This document shows, piece by piece, positions 32,091-40,986 of a stretch of DNA of 64,000 nt. A model generated the notes under the pieces. That model had not been told where the DNA came from. It was given only the letters and a program-made list of their open reading frames with translations, and did not search any database. How positions within the stretch are numbered: position 1 is the first letter of the stretch; the number at the start of each line of letters is the position of its first letter. The DNA comes from Phenylobacterium sp. (GTDB lineage Bacteria > Pseudomonadota > Alphaproteobacteria > Caulobacterales > Caulobacteraceae), in contig NZ_JBKBUH010000001.1 in assembly GCF_046290725.1 (NCBI RefSeq), positions 697,787-761,786 of the forward strand, given 5' to 3'. A program made the translations under genes and the position numbers.

Positions 32091-32879
32091 ATGACCTCGG
32101 CCAACCTGCCCATCATGCCGGCCGTCTTCGAGCCGCCTCCGGAGGCCGAGGCCTTCTTCGCCACTTGCCTGGGGCTGCTGGCGGAGTCGCAGATTCCGTT
32201 CCTGCTTTCGGGCACGTACGCCGTCAGCGCCTATACCGGCATCGTGCGCCCGACCAAGGATCTCGACGTCTTCTGCAAGGCCGGAGACTATCCGAAGATC
32301 CTCGCCTACTTCCAGGCGCGCGGCTACGCCACGGAGGTGGAGGACGAACGCTGGATCGCCAAGGTCCGGCAGGACAAGCTGTTCTTCGACGTGATCTTCA
32401 ACATGTCGAACGCCACCATGCCGGTGACCGACGACTGGTTCACCGGCGACGAGAAGATCGAGGTCTATGGCGTGGAGGCCAAGATCACGCCGCCGACCGA
32501 ACTCGTCTGGTCGAAGATGTTCATCCAGGACCGCTATCGCTACGACGGGGCCGATGTCGCGCACGTGATCCTGCGCCAGCGCGACGCCATCGATTGGATC
32601 CGGTTGCTGCGCTACATGGAGCCCTACTGGGAGGTCTTGCTGATCCACCTCCTGAACTTCCGCTTCATCTACCCCACCGAAAGGGACGCGGTGCCGCGCT
32701 GGGTGATGGAGGAGCTGACCGGCCGTCTGGCGGCCCAGGTCTCGTTGCCGCCGGCGCGGGTGAAGGTTTGCCGCGGCCGGCTCTTCAGCCCCCGGGACTA
32801 TGTGATCGACATCACCGAGTGGGGCTTCGCCGATGTGGTCGGCAAGGGCCTGGAGGAGCGCCATGACCCTATCCCCTGA
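32091..32879 (+). CDS. Uncharacterised Pol-beta-superfamily nucleotidyltransferase
   Basis: LLSGTYAV (hG[GS]-like), TKDLDVF (DxD), third Asp in FDVIF, YDGADV. Confidence 0.8.
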   Translation: MTSANLPIMPAVFEPPPEAEAFFATCLGLLAESQIPFLLSGTYAVSAYTGIVRPTKDLDVFCKAGDYPKILAYFQARGYATEVEDERWIAKVRQDKLFFDVIFNMSNATMPVTDDWFTGDEKIEVYGVEAKITPPTELVWSKMFIQDRYRYDGADVAHVILRQRDAIDWIRLLRYMEPYWEVLLIHLLNFRFIYPTERDAVPRWVMEELTGRLAAQVSLPPARVKVCRGRLFSPRDYVIDITEWGFADVVGKGLEERHDPIP

Positions 32880-33621
32880 GGAGACGCAACCCGGAGAGGC
32901 GCGGCCCAAGCCGCTGCGCGTGGCGGCCGTCGGCGACCTGCACGTGGGCGAGGATCACCACCAGCCGTTCCGCGACCTGTTCGCGAGGGTCTCTCGAGAG
33001 GCCGACGTGATGGTGCTGTGCGGCGACCTGACGAATTTCGGCAAGACCAAGGAGGCGGAGGTGCTGGCCGCCGATCTGGCCGCCTGCGCCATTCCGGTGG
33101 TGGGCGTGCTGGGCAACCACGATTATGAATGCGGCCAGCCGCAGGAGGTCGCCCGCATACTGCATGAGGCGGGGCTGAAGATCCTGGACGGCGCGGCCTA
33201 TGAGATCGAGGGTGTGGGCTTCGCCGGCGCCAAGGGTTTCATCGGGGGCTTCGGGCGGCACATGTTGAGCCCGTTCGGGGAGCCGGAGATCAAGCACTTC
33301 GTCCAGGCTTCGGTGGACGAGAACCTGAAGCTGGAATCCTCGCTCCGCATGCTGAAGACCGAACGGACGGTGGTCGTGCTTCACTATTCCCCGGTGCTGG
33401 AAACGGTGCTGGGCGAGCCTCCGGAGATCTTCGCCTTCTTGGGCTCGGCGCGGATGGGCGAGACCATCGACCGGTTCGACGGCGTGAAGGCGGTGTTCCA
33501 TGGCCATGCCCACCGGGGCTCGATCCACGGCCGCACGGCGCGCGGCGCGCCGGTGTACAACGTCGCCCGCCCCCTGCTGATGCGCGAGGCCGAGCGGGAA
33601 TTCTGGGTCGTCGAAATCTAG
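32863..33621 (+). CDS. Calcineurin-like metallophosphoesterase
   Basis: GDLH, GDLT, GNHD, LHY, GHAH; overlaps the upstream gene by 17 bp. Confidence 0.92.
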   Translation: MTLSPEETQPGEARPKPLRVAAVGDLHVGEDHHQPFRDLFARVSREADVMVLCGDLTNFGKTKEAEVLAADLAACAIPVVGVLGNHDYECGQPQEVARILHEAGLKILDGAAYEIEGVGFAGAKGFIGGFGRHMLSPFGEPEIKHFVQASVDENLKLESSLRMLKTERTVVVLHYSPVLETVLGEPPEIFAFLGSARMGETIDRFDGVKAVFHGHAHRGSIHGRTARGAPVYNVARPLLMREAEREFWVVEI

Positions 33622-33633
33622 GTGGAGAGCTTG

Positions 33634-34410
33634 TCAGCCTAGCCGCGCCAAGGCGGAGGCGACCTCCTGCGGCTTCTCCAGGATCACCATGTGACCCGCC
33701 TCGGGAATGGAAACCAGCTCGGCGCCGGCGATCCCTTTCTTGAAGGCGTGGGCGTAGAAGGGCGGGATCAGTCGGTCGGAATCGCCCCAGACGATCACGG
33801 TTCTGGCCTTGATCCGATAAAGGCGCTGCAAAAGCCCCCGCTCCGGGATCGGGAACAGGATCCGGCCGGCCATGCCCAGCTGGCGCGCATTGGCCACCAG
33901 ATAGGTCTGCAGGAAGTTCGGGTCCTCCACATTCCGGCCCGCCGTCAGCATGGCCGCGCCTGCCTCCGCATCGTGGAACAGGAGCTGCGGCATCTCGTAG
34001 GGCATGGCGGCGAAGAGATCGGCGATCGGATGTGCGTCGTCCCACAGCCCCGCCGGGCAGATCAGGGCCAGGCGGCTGACGTCGTTGGGGGCCACGGCCG
34101 CCATCTCCGCGGCGATCATCCCGCCCATCGAGTGGCCGACGAGGATCGGGTCCTTCAGCCCCAGCGCCTCGACCACGTCCCAGCCATGTAGGGTGAAATC
34201 CAGCATGTCGCGGATTTCCGGGCATTCTTCGGAATCGCCATAGCCCGGGATCAGCGGCGCATAGACGTGGTGACGCTGGGCGAGCGCGTTCAGGAACGGA
34301 TCTTCCGCCGTCACCCCGCCCGCGCCGTGCAGGAAGACGAGGTCGGGGCCCGATCCGCCCTCGATGTAGCGGACCGGGACGTGCGGGGTCTGGACGGTCT
34401 TGAGCTGCAT
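33634..34410 (-). CDS. Alpha/beta hydrolase
   Basis: LVFLHGAGG, GHSMGG, WGDSD, GHM. Confidence 0.9.
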   Translation of the reverse strand: MQLKTVQTPHVPVRYIEGGSGPDLVFLHGAGGVTAEDPFLNALAQRHHVYAPLIPGYGDSEECPEIRDMLDFTLHGWDVVEALGLKDPILVGHSMGGMIAAEMAAVAPNDVSRLALICPAGLWDDAHPIADLFAAMPYEMPQLLFHDAEAGAAMLTAGRNVEDPNFLQTYLVANARQLGMAGRILFPIPERGLLQRLYRIKARTVIVWGDSDRLIPPFYAHAFKKGIAGAELVSIPEAGHMVILEKPQEVASALARLG

Positions 34411-34423
34411 GATCCTCCCTCCC

Positions 34424-35689
34424 CTAAAGCGCGGCTTCGACCGGCGCCTTGGCCGGCGCCGGCGGCAGGGAGCCGGAGGTGACGCGCTTTTCCAGCGGCT
34501 TGGCCCAGAACCTGTCGTCGTCGGCGTAGTCGGGGAAGATGTTGCGCAGCTTGGGCATCACCTTCTCGGCGAACAGCTTCGTGGAATACATGCACTTCTC
34601 GGCCGGCATGTTCCCCACGTGCATCAGGCAGAAGATGTTTCCCACCCGCAGACCCTTGATCATGTCCTCCATCCGTTGGCGGACGGTCTCAGGCGAACCT
34701 GCGATGACATGCCCCTGCTCGGTCAGGTCCTTCCAGGTCAGGGTGGAATAGCCGCCGCGCGGCGGCGCGTATTGCGACAGCGCCCCGGTCTGGATGGTCT
34801 TGATCGTCCGGTAGCCCGGCGCGTCGGCGAAGCCCGGATAGACGTGCAGGCAGCGATTGTAGAAGTAGCTGACGTGCTCGGAATAGAGTCGCTCGGCCTC
34901 CTCGTCGGTCTCGGCGACGCAGATGGTCTGGGCGAAGCCGGCGCGATAGGGGCTGTCGTCGGGGGCGCCTCGCGCCGCCACCCGGTCCCAGTAGCCCTGC
35001 ATCAGCGCCTTGGCGCGCAGATAGCCCGAGAAGCTGAGGTAGGAGTACGAATAGGTGTTGTCGATGCAGAAGTCGTAGGTCTCAACCGAGCCGCCGCCCG
35101 GGATATGCACCGGCGGATGCGGCTGCTGGATGGGCCGGGGCCAGATGTTCACGTGCCGCAGCTTGTTGTAGCGGCCGTTGAAGGCGAACGGGTCGCGGGT
35201 GGTCCACGCCTTGATGATCAGGTCGTGGGCCTCCTGGTACTTCTCGCGGGTGAGCGACGGGATCTGGCCGTAGCAGTAGTTGGTGTCCATGGAGGTCCCC
35301 ACCGGGAACCCGGCCACCAGCCGCCCGCCGGAGATGCAGTCGAGCATGGCGAACTCTTCGGCCACCCGGATCGGCGGGTTGTAGAGGGCGATGGAATTGC
35401 CCAGCACCACCAGGGCCGCGTTCGAGGTCCGCCGCGCCAGGCCCGCGGCGATGATGTTGGGGCTGGGCATGATGCCGTAGCCGTTCTGGTGGTGCTCGTT
35501 CACCCCGATCCCGTCGAAGCCGAGGGTGTCGGCGTATTCGAGCAGGTCCATATAGGTGTTGTAGACCTCGTGGCTCTTGGCCGGGTCGAACAGCCGCTGG
35601 TCGATGTCGACCCAGACCGACCGGTGCTTCTCCCGGAAATCGTCCGGCAGATACGGCCAGGGCATCAGGTTGAACCAGGTGAACTTCAT
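34424..35689 (-). CDS. Luciferase-like (LLM) flavin-dependent oxidoreductase
   Basis: GFDGIGVNEHH, PIRVAEEFAMLDCISGGRL, PRPIQQPHPP. Confidence 0.92.
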   Translation of the reverse strand: MKFTWFNLMPWPYLPDDFREKHRSVWVDIDQRLFDPAKSHEVYNTYMDLLEYADTLGFDGIGVNEHHQNGYGIMPSPNIIAAGLARRTSNAALVVLGNSIALYNPPIRVAEEFAMLDCISGGRLVAGFPVGTSMDTNYCYGQIPSLTREKYQEAHDLIIKAWTTRDPFAFNGRYNKLRHVNIWPRPIQQPHPPVHIPGGGSVETYDFCIDNTYSYSYLSFSGYLRAKALMQGYWDRVAARGAPDDSPYRAGFAQTICVAETDEEAERLYSEHVSYFYNRCLHVYPGFADAPGYRTIKTIQTGALSQYAPPRGGYSTLTWKDLTEQGHVIAGSPETVRQRMEDMIKGLRVGNIFCLMHVGNMPAEKCMYSTKLFAEKVMPKLRNIFPDYADDDRFWAKPLEKRVTSGSLPPAPAKAPVEAAL

Positions 35690-35873
35690 GGTCGCGCCTC
35701 CCATGCCGCCTCTGACGGGCGGTCATGTGAACGACGATAACCCAATGCGAGGCGGCGCCAATAAGCAAGCGACGGCTGCTCCGCAGCAATTCTGATGGAT
35801 CCGAGCCTTTCCATCAGAGTTCATGCAGCGTATATAGTTGCAACTCACTCGCAAAAGCGCATCGGAACCCATC

Positions 35874-36095
35874 ATGCGGACCCTGAAGAAGACCATCAGC
35901 TACAGCCTGACCCACCTGACGGTGGCGGTGGCGGTCGCCTATGGACTGACCCAGGACTGGCGGGCGGCCTTGGCCATCGGCCTGATCGAACCCATCTTCC
36001 AAACCGTCGCATTCGCGGTGCATGAACGGGTCTGGGAACGGATCGGACGCGGCAACGGAACCCCGGCGGCCGAGCTCCGTTCCGCGACCGCCTGA
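35874..36095 (+). CDS. DUF2061-family small membrane protein
   Basis: LKKTISY..HLTVA..VAY...ALAIGLIEP...HERVW. Confidence 0.8.
   Translation: MRTLKKTISYSLTHLTVAVAVAYGLTQDWRAALAIGLIEPIFQTVAFAVHERVWERIGRGNGTPAAELRSATA
36057..36081 (+). promoter_or_regulatory. sigmaT/EcfG promoter for dps, inside the DUF2061 3' end
   Basis: GGAAC (36057-36061)-N16-CGTT (36078-36081). Confidence 0.75.
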
Positions 36096-36117
36096 CATGA
36101 CAAGGAGCCTGACAGAC

Positions 36118-36582
36118 ATGCCCAAAGCCGGACTTGACGCCAAAGCCAAGAAGGCGGCCGCCGAAGGACTCTCCAAGCTCCTGGCCGACACCTATGCGGT
36201 CTATCTGAAGACCCACGGCTATCACTGGAACGTGCGGGGGCCGAACTTCGCCCAGCTGCACGGGCTGTTCATGACCCAGTACACCGAGATGTGGACCGCC
36301 ATCGACGAGCTCGCCGAACGCATCCGGGCGCTGGGGGAGCTGGCGCCGCAAGGCTACGGCGCCTTCGGCAACCTCTCGGCCATCAAGGACGGCGACCCCA
36401 ACAAGGACGCCGACGGCATGGTCCGCGACCTGATCGACGGCCACGACGCCCTGATCGCCACCGGCTATGCGGTTCTGGGCCAGGCTCAGGAGGCCGGCGA
36501 CGAGGTGACGGCGGGCCTGGTCACCGACCGGCTGACCGTCCACGAGAAACACCGCTGGATGCTGCAGGCCACCCTGGCCTGA
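36118..36582 (+). CDS. dps: Dps family ferritin-like protein
   Basis: YLKTHGYHWNVRGPNFAQLH, DELAERI, HEKHRWML; AAGGAG RBS. Confidence 0.96.
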   Translation: MPKAGLDAKAKKAAAEGLSKLLADTYAVYLKTHGYHWNVRGPNFAQLHGLFMTQYTEMWTAIDELAERIRALGELAPQGYGAFGNLSAIKDGDPNKDADGMVRDLIDGHDALIATGYAVLGQAQEAGDEVTAGLVTDRLTVHEKHRWMLQATLA

Positions 36583-36594
36583 GCGGGACGAACG

Positions 36595-36969
36595 ATGAGC
36601 GGCGGCTTCATCGGTTGGGAGGTGGACCGGGAGGACCGCGCGCGGCTCCTCGAGCGGTTCCCGGCCGCCTATGCGGAGACGGTCGCCGATCACGTGACGC
36701 TCAAGTTCGGCCTGGAGGCCAAGCCTCAGCTGCCCCACGAGACGGAAGGGCGGATCGTCGGGTTCGCTGACGACGGCGGGGGTGTGCAGGCCGCGGTCGT
36801 GGAGATCGAGGGGACGACGGATCGCCCCGACGGAGGCGTCTATCACATCACCTGGTCGCTGGCGGAGGGGCGGGCGGCCAAGGAAAGCAACGACGTGATC
36901 GCCGAGCGTGGCTGGACGCCGGTGGAGCCCCAGGCGCTGGTGCGCCTGCGGCCGCGCCGCTGGCCCTAA
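36595..36969 (+). CDS. Putative 2H phosphoesterase
   Basis: Two HxT motifs, ADHVTL and YHITW, about 50 aa apart. Confidence 0.65.
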   Translation: MSGGFIGWEVDREDRARLLERFPAAYAETVADHVTLKFGLEAKPQLPHETEGRIVGFADDGGGVQAAVVEIEGTTDRPDGGVYHITWSLAEGRAAKESNDVIAERGWTPVEPQALVRLRPRRWP

Positions 36970-37003
36970 AAGAAAAAGGGCGCTGCGGAGGTCCGCAGCG
37001 CCC
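36968..37003 (-). terminator. Intrinsic terminator (TonB receptor gene; probably bidirectional)
   Basis: GGGCGCTGCGGA/TCCGCAGCGCCC perfect stem with an A run on the plus side (U tract on minus). Confidence 0.8.
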
Positions 37004-37026
37004 GAATTCCTGGAAGGCTTGAGCCG

Positions 37027-39570
37027 TCAGAACCGGTACTGAAGCTCGATCCCGTAGGTGCGGGGGAAGTTCAGCTTGTTGGTCCGGCGGAAGGTGCCGA
37101 GCCCGGTCGCGGAGCTGACCGTGGAGCTCTGATAGGCCACTTCGTCAAAGGCGTTCTTCACATAACCGATGATGGTGTAGCGGCGATCGGCGTCGCGCCA
37201 CAGCGCCCGCAGGTCGACGATCTCGTTCGATTCGGCGGTGTGTCGCGGCGAGGCGAAGATCGTGGTCTGCATGTCGTCGGTATAGGTGTAGGTGGCCCCG
37301 AGTGTCAGGCTGCCGGGCGTGAAGTCCCAGGTGTAGTTGGCGCCGATGTTGAGCTTGTGCTCCGGGGTCATCGGCAGGCGGTTGCCGACCAGCGTCTGGG
37401 GCTGGCTCGTTCCCACCAGCGGCCCGGTCGGGCGGGCGCCCGGCTGCAGGGCGCGCGGGTCGTTGGTGTCGACGTAGCAGCAGCCCTCGGTGATCTCGGC
37501 GTTGATATAGGCGTAGCTGCCGAAGAGCTGCAGGCCGTCGATCGGCGCCCACTGGGTCTCGATCTCCAGACCCCAGTTGCGGGCTTCGAGATTGAGGAAG
37601 GTCGTTCCGGTGGAGCCCGTCGTCGGGTTGAGGATGATGCTGAGCGGCGCCTGGAAGCCCTGATAGTCGGCGTAGAACAAGGCGGTGTTCAGCTGGAAGC
37701 GGCCGCCCCAGGTCTTCTTGAAGCCGAGTTCGTAGTTGTCGACATATTCCGGGTCGGCGTAGGGCGTCGGCGTCAGGCCGTTGGAGGCCAGCCACCCGCC
37801 CGACTTATAGCCGCGGCTGTAGCGGGCGTAGATGTTGGTGTCGCCGTCCGGCTGCCACTGGACGCCCAGGGTGCCGGTCCAGGCGTCGTAATCGGCCGAA
37901 AGGTCGCGGATCAGCCCGCCAGTCGGGACTTCGCGCAGATTGGCGTAGACCGGGTTGGCGTGGCAGGCGGCCAGGTTCGCGCCGCCGCAGACCACGAAGG
38001 TGGTGAAGTCGAGCGCGATGCCCTGGGCGACGGCCCCGGGAAGGCCGACGAACTGCTGCAGCAGGGTCGTGGTGGTGTTGGTCCGCGAGACGTAGCGGGC
38101 GAAGTCGGTGCCGCTCTTCTCGTCCTTGGTCCACCGCAGGCCGGCGGTGACCGTCCAGTTCTCGGCGAACTCGTAGTCGAGCTGGCCGAACACGGCGAAG
38201 GAGTCGACCTCCAGGCTGCCGTCGACGAACAGGTAGTTGCCGTCCGGGTTCGCCGGGGCCGGGCCGCCGGTGGCCAGGCTGAGCGGGTTCCGCACCGCCG
38301 CATCGCCCAGCACCCGCAGGCCCTGAGGCTGCGAATATTCCTGGTGATACTGGTAGACGCCGACGATCCAGTTCAGCGGGCCGTCGCTGTTGGACGACAG
38401 GTTGATTTCGTTCGACCACCACTTCTGCTTCTCCTGATAGAAGAAGCGCTGGTCCGGCGAAACGTTGGTGGCCGTGTAGGCGCCGAACGGCGTGGCCGCC
38501 GGAATATTGATGAGGCCGGTGCGCGAGGAGCGGTCCTCGTCGCCGTTGGTGTTGTAGACGTAGGACTGGATGCCGCCGAGATACTTCAGCGTGGCCCAGC
38601 CGAGATCCCAGGTCAGGTCGAAGTGGAGGCGATGGTGGTCGCTGAGCTTGCCTTCGTTTGTCTGGTTGGTGTCGATCTTGAAGGGGTCGCGCGTGGCCGG
38701 ATTGACGCCGGTGTAGCCGAAGGTCGGGTTGTAATAGAGGGCGGCGTTGCCGAGGCCGGTGATCGAGGCGGTGTCGTAGGGCGTGGTGACCGCCTCATGG
38801 ACGTTGCCGACCCCATAGCTGTCGTCCCAGTCGAACTTGGTATAGCGCAGGCGAGCGACGATGTTCTCCCCAAGGTCGGCCTCGACCTGGGCCTCGAACA
38901 TCCAGCGCTTGACCGCACTGGTGTCGCCGGCCGGCCCGATGTTCTCGATGAAGCCCTCTTCGCGGCGCTGCACCGAGGCGCCGACGAGGAAGCGCAAGCC
39001 ATCGGTCACCGGCCCCGTGACCAGGGCGTCGGTCTGCCAGGTTCCGTAATTGCCGACGGTCGCGCGCACTTCGCCGCTGAAGACGTCCGAGGGCCGCTTG
39101 GAGATGATGTTGAGCGCGCCCCCGATGGAATTGCGGCCATAGAGGGTGCCCTGCGGCCCGCGCAGGACTTCAGTCCGCTCGATGAACAGCGACGGGGTCG
39201 AGGAATCGGCCATCGAATTGGAGAAGATGCCGTCGGAATAGAGCGCCACCGAGGGATCGGTGCCGATGGCGTTGGTCAGGCGCCCGAAGCCGCGAATCGA
39301 GAGGCGGTCGTTGTTGGTGTAAGCGATCGACGGCGTCACCCGGGCCAGATCCTCCACCGTGGCGACGCCCAGCACGTCGCGGCGCTCGGAGGTGTAGGCG
39401 GTGACGGCCACAGGCACGTCCTGCAGGCTCTGCTCCCGCTTCTCGGCCGTGACGACCAGTTCCTCGATGGTGAAGGCCTCCTGCGCCCAGGCGGGCGAGG
39501 CGGCGGCCGACAAGGCGGCCAAGGACGCGCCCGTGACGAAGAGACTGCGCAGACGCAGGGTGTCGATCAT
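37027..39570 (-). CDS. TonB-dependent receptor
   Basis: Signal peptide, IEELVVTAEKREQSLQDVP, EVLRGPQGTLYGRN, C-terminal PRTYGIELQYRF. Confidence 0.96.
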   Translation of the reverse strand: MIDTLRLRSLFVTGASLAALSAAASPAWAQEAFTIEELVVTAEKREQSLQDVPVAVTAYTSERRDVLGVATVEDLARVTPSIAYTNNDRLSIRGFGRLTNAIGTDPSVALYSDGIFSNSMADSSTPSLFIERTEVLRGPQGTLYGRNSIGGALNIISKRPSDVFSGEVRATVGNYGTWQTDALVTGPVTDGLRFLVGASVQRREEGFIENIGPAGDTSAVKRWMFEAQVEADLGENIVARLRYTKFDWDDSYGVGNVHEAVTTPYDTASITGLGNAALYYNPTFGYTGVNPATRDPFKIDTNQTNEGKLSDHHRLHFDLTWDLGWATLKYLGGIQSYVYNTNGDEDRSSRTGLINIPAATPFGAYTATNVSPDQRFFYQEKQKWWSNEINLSSNSDGPLNWIVGVYQYHQEYSQPQGLRVLGDAAVRNPLSLATGGPAPANPDGNYLFVDGSLEVDSFAVFGQLDYEFAENWTVTAGLRWTKDEKSGTDFARYVSRTNTTTTLLQQFVGLPGAVAQGIALDFTTFVVCGGANLAACHANPVYANLREVPTGGLIRDLSADYDAWTGTLGVQWQPDGDTNIYARYSRGYKSGGWLASNGLTPTPYADPEYVDNYELGFKKTWGGRFQLNTALFYADYQGFQAPLSIILNPTTGSTGTTFLNLEARNWGLEIETQWAPIDGLQLFGSYAYINAEITEGCCYVDTNDPRALQPGARPTGPLVGTSQPQTLVGNRLPMTPEHKLNIGANYTWDFTPGSLTLGATYTYTDDMQTTIFASPRHTAESNEIVDLRALWRDADRRYTIIGYVKNAFDEVAYQSSTVSSATGLGTFRRTNKLNFPRTYGIELQYRF

Positions 39571-39704
39571 GTTTACCTCCCAGCCAGACGCGGGCGTTTA
39601 GCCGCCCGTCGCGTGTGCTTGTGGACAAGGCTGGGGGTCTCGAACGGCGTTCGAATAGAGGGAAAAGCGCCAAGGCGACGCTTTCCCGCGACAGGTGTGT
39701 CCTT

Positions 39705-40295
39705 TCACCTACGGGTGATGAGCGCTTCCAGCCCGCGGACGGCCGATTCCACCGCCGCCTCGCAGCCCTCGCCGCCGGCGAACCGGATGGCGGCGATGCC
39801 TCGGCCCCAGGCCCAGATGGCGTCCGCCGCCTGGCGCGCCATCTCCACCGGGAAGATGTCGGCGTAGTCGGCCATGATGGCGGCGCGGGAAACCGCCAGG
39901 GCCTCGGCTTCGGCCTCGGCCACCTCGGGGCGACGGCCGGCGTCGCGAGCTTCGTACATCAGCTGGTAGAGGGCCGGTTTCTCGCGCAGGAAGTCGAGAT
40001 AGGCCGCGCCGGTGGATCGCAGCCCCCCCTCTCCGCCCTTCACGGCGTAGGCTTGGCGCATGGCCTCGGCCAGTTGCCGGAAACCGTCGACGGCGAGCGC
40101 CCCGAGCAAGGCGCCCTTGTCGACATAATGATAATAGACGGTCCCCGGCGCCACGCCCGCCCGCTCGGCGATGGCCCGCAGCGAAAGCGCGTCCTTGCCT
40201 TGGGTCTCCAGGATCTCCCGGGCAGCGGCCAGCAACTGGCCGCGCACATTGCCGACGTGGTAGCTGCGTCGGCGGGCCAGCGTAGCCGGGCTCAC
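39705..40295 (-). CDS. TetR/AcrR family regulator (start uncertain)
   Basis: SYHVGNVRGQLLAAAREIL...LSLRAIAERAGVAPGTVYYHYVDKGALL. Confidence 0.88.
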   Translation of the reverse strand: MSPATLARRRSYHVGNVRGQLLAAAREILETQGKDALSLRAIAERAGVAPGTVYYHYVDKGALLGALAVDGFRQLAEAMRQAYAVKGGEGGLRSTGAAYLDFLREKPALYQLMYEARDAGRRPEVAEAEAEALAVSRAAIMADYADIFPVEMARQAADAIWAWGRGIAAIRFAGGEGCEAAVESAVRGLEALITRR

Positions 40296-40423
40296 GACGC
40301 GCGTTCCTGGCGTGGTCCGATATCCAATCCGCACCTGCGATCGGCCCGCCGCACAGCCCTGCGGCGCAGCCTTGTTATCAGCGGTAAGTTAATGCCCGTT
40401 CCCGCCCGCCGGTCAATGGCCCC

Positions 40424-40894
40424 TCAGGCGAGCTCGGCGACCCTGGCCTCGAGCGCGGCGACCAGGTCCGCAGGCGAGAGCTCCATCTGCAGGCCCCGCT
40501 GGCCGCCGTTGACGAAGACCCTGGCGTGGGCGAGCGCGGCGCGGTCGACCACCACCGGGCTGCGCCGCTTCTGCCCGAACGGGCTGACGCCGCCGACGCG
40601 ATAGCCGGTGATGCGTTCGGCGTCGGCGGGTTTCATCATCTGGGCCGACTTTCCGCCCATGGCGGCGGCGAGCTTCTTCATGGCCACCTCCCTGTCGGAG
40701 GCGAGGACGGCGCAGACCGCCTTGCCGTCCACCTGGGCCATCAGGGTCTTCAGCACACGCTCGGCCGGAACGCCCAGGCTCTCGGCCGCCTGCAGCCCCA
40801 CGCGCGGGGCGTCGGGATCGTAGTCGTAGCTGTGCAGCGCATAGGCGAAGCCCGCCTTGTCGAGGGCGAGCGTCGCGGGCGTGGTCCTGGCCAT
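40424..40894 (-). CDS. ybaK: Cys-tRNA(Pro) deacylase
   Basis: TPAT, VLKTL, TGYRVGGVSPFGQK, NGGQRGL. Confidence 0.93.
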   Translation of the reverse strand: MARTTPATLALDKAGFAYALHSYDYDPDAPRVGLQAAESLGVPAERVLKTLMAQVDGKAVCAVLASDREVAMKKLAAAMGGKSAQMMKPADAERITGYRVGGVSPFGQKRRSPVVVDRAALAHARVFVNGGQRGLQMELSPADLVAALEARVAELA

Positions 40895-40930
40895 GGCCGG
40901 GCTTTAGCGTGGGTGCGGAAACTCGGCCAG

Positions 40931-40969
40931 TCCCTCTTCCTCCCCGGCGAAGCGGGGTAGGAAGAGGGA
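40931..40969. repeat. REP-like palindrome / bidirectional hairpin
   Basis: TCCCTCTTCCT-CCCCGGCGAAGCGGGGT-AGGAAGAGGGA; shares the GCGAAGCGGGG core with the 5944 and 57127 copies. Confidence 0.65.
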
Positions 40970-40986
40970 GGAAAAGAGGATCGCGC

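Noticed and set aside
39642-39656. GAAC-N7-GAAT as an alphaproteobacterial LexA box
   Set aside because: One mismatch, better explained as part of a dyad, and a TonB receptor is an unlikely SOS gene
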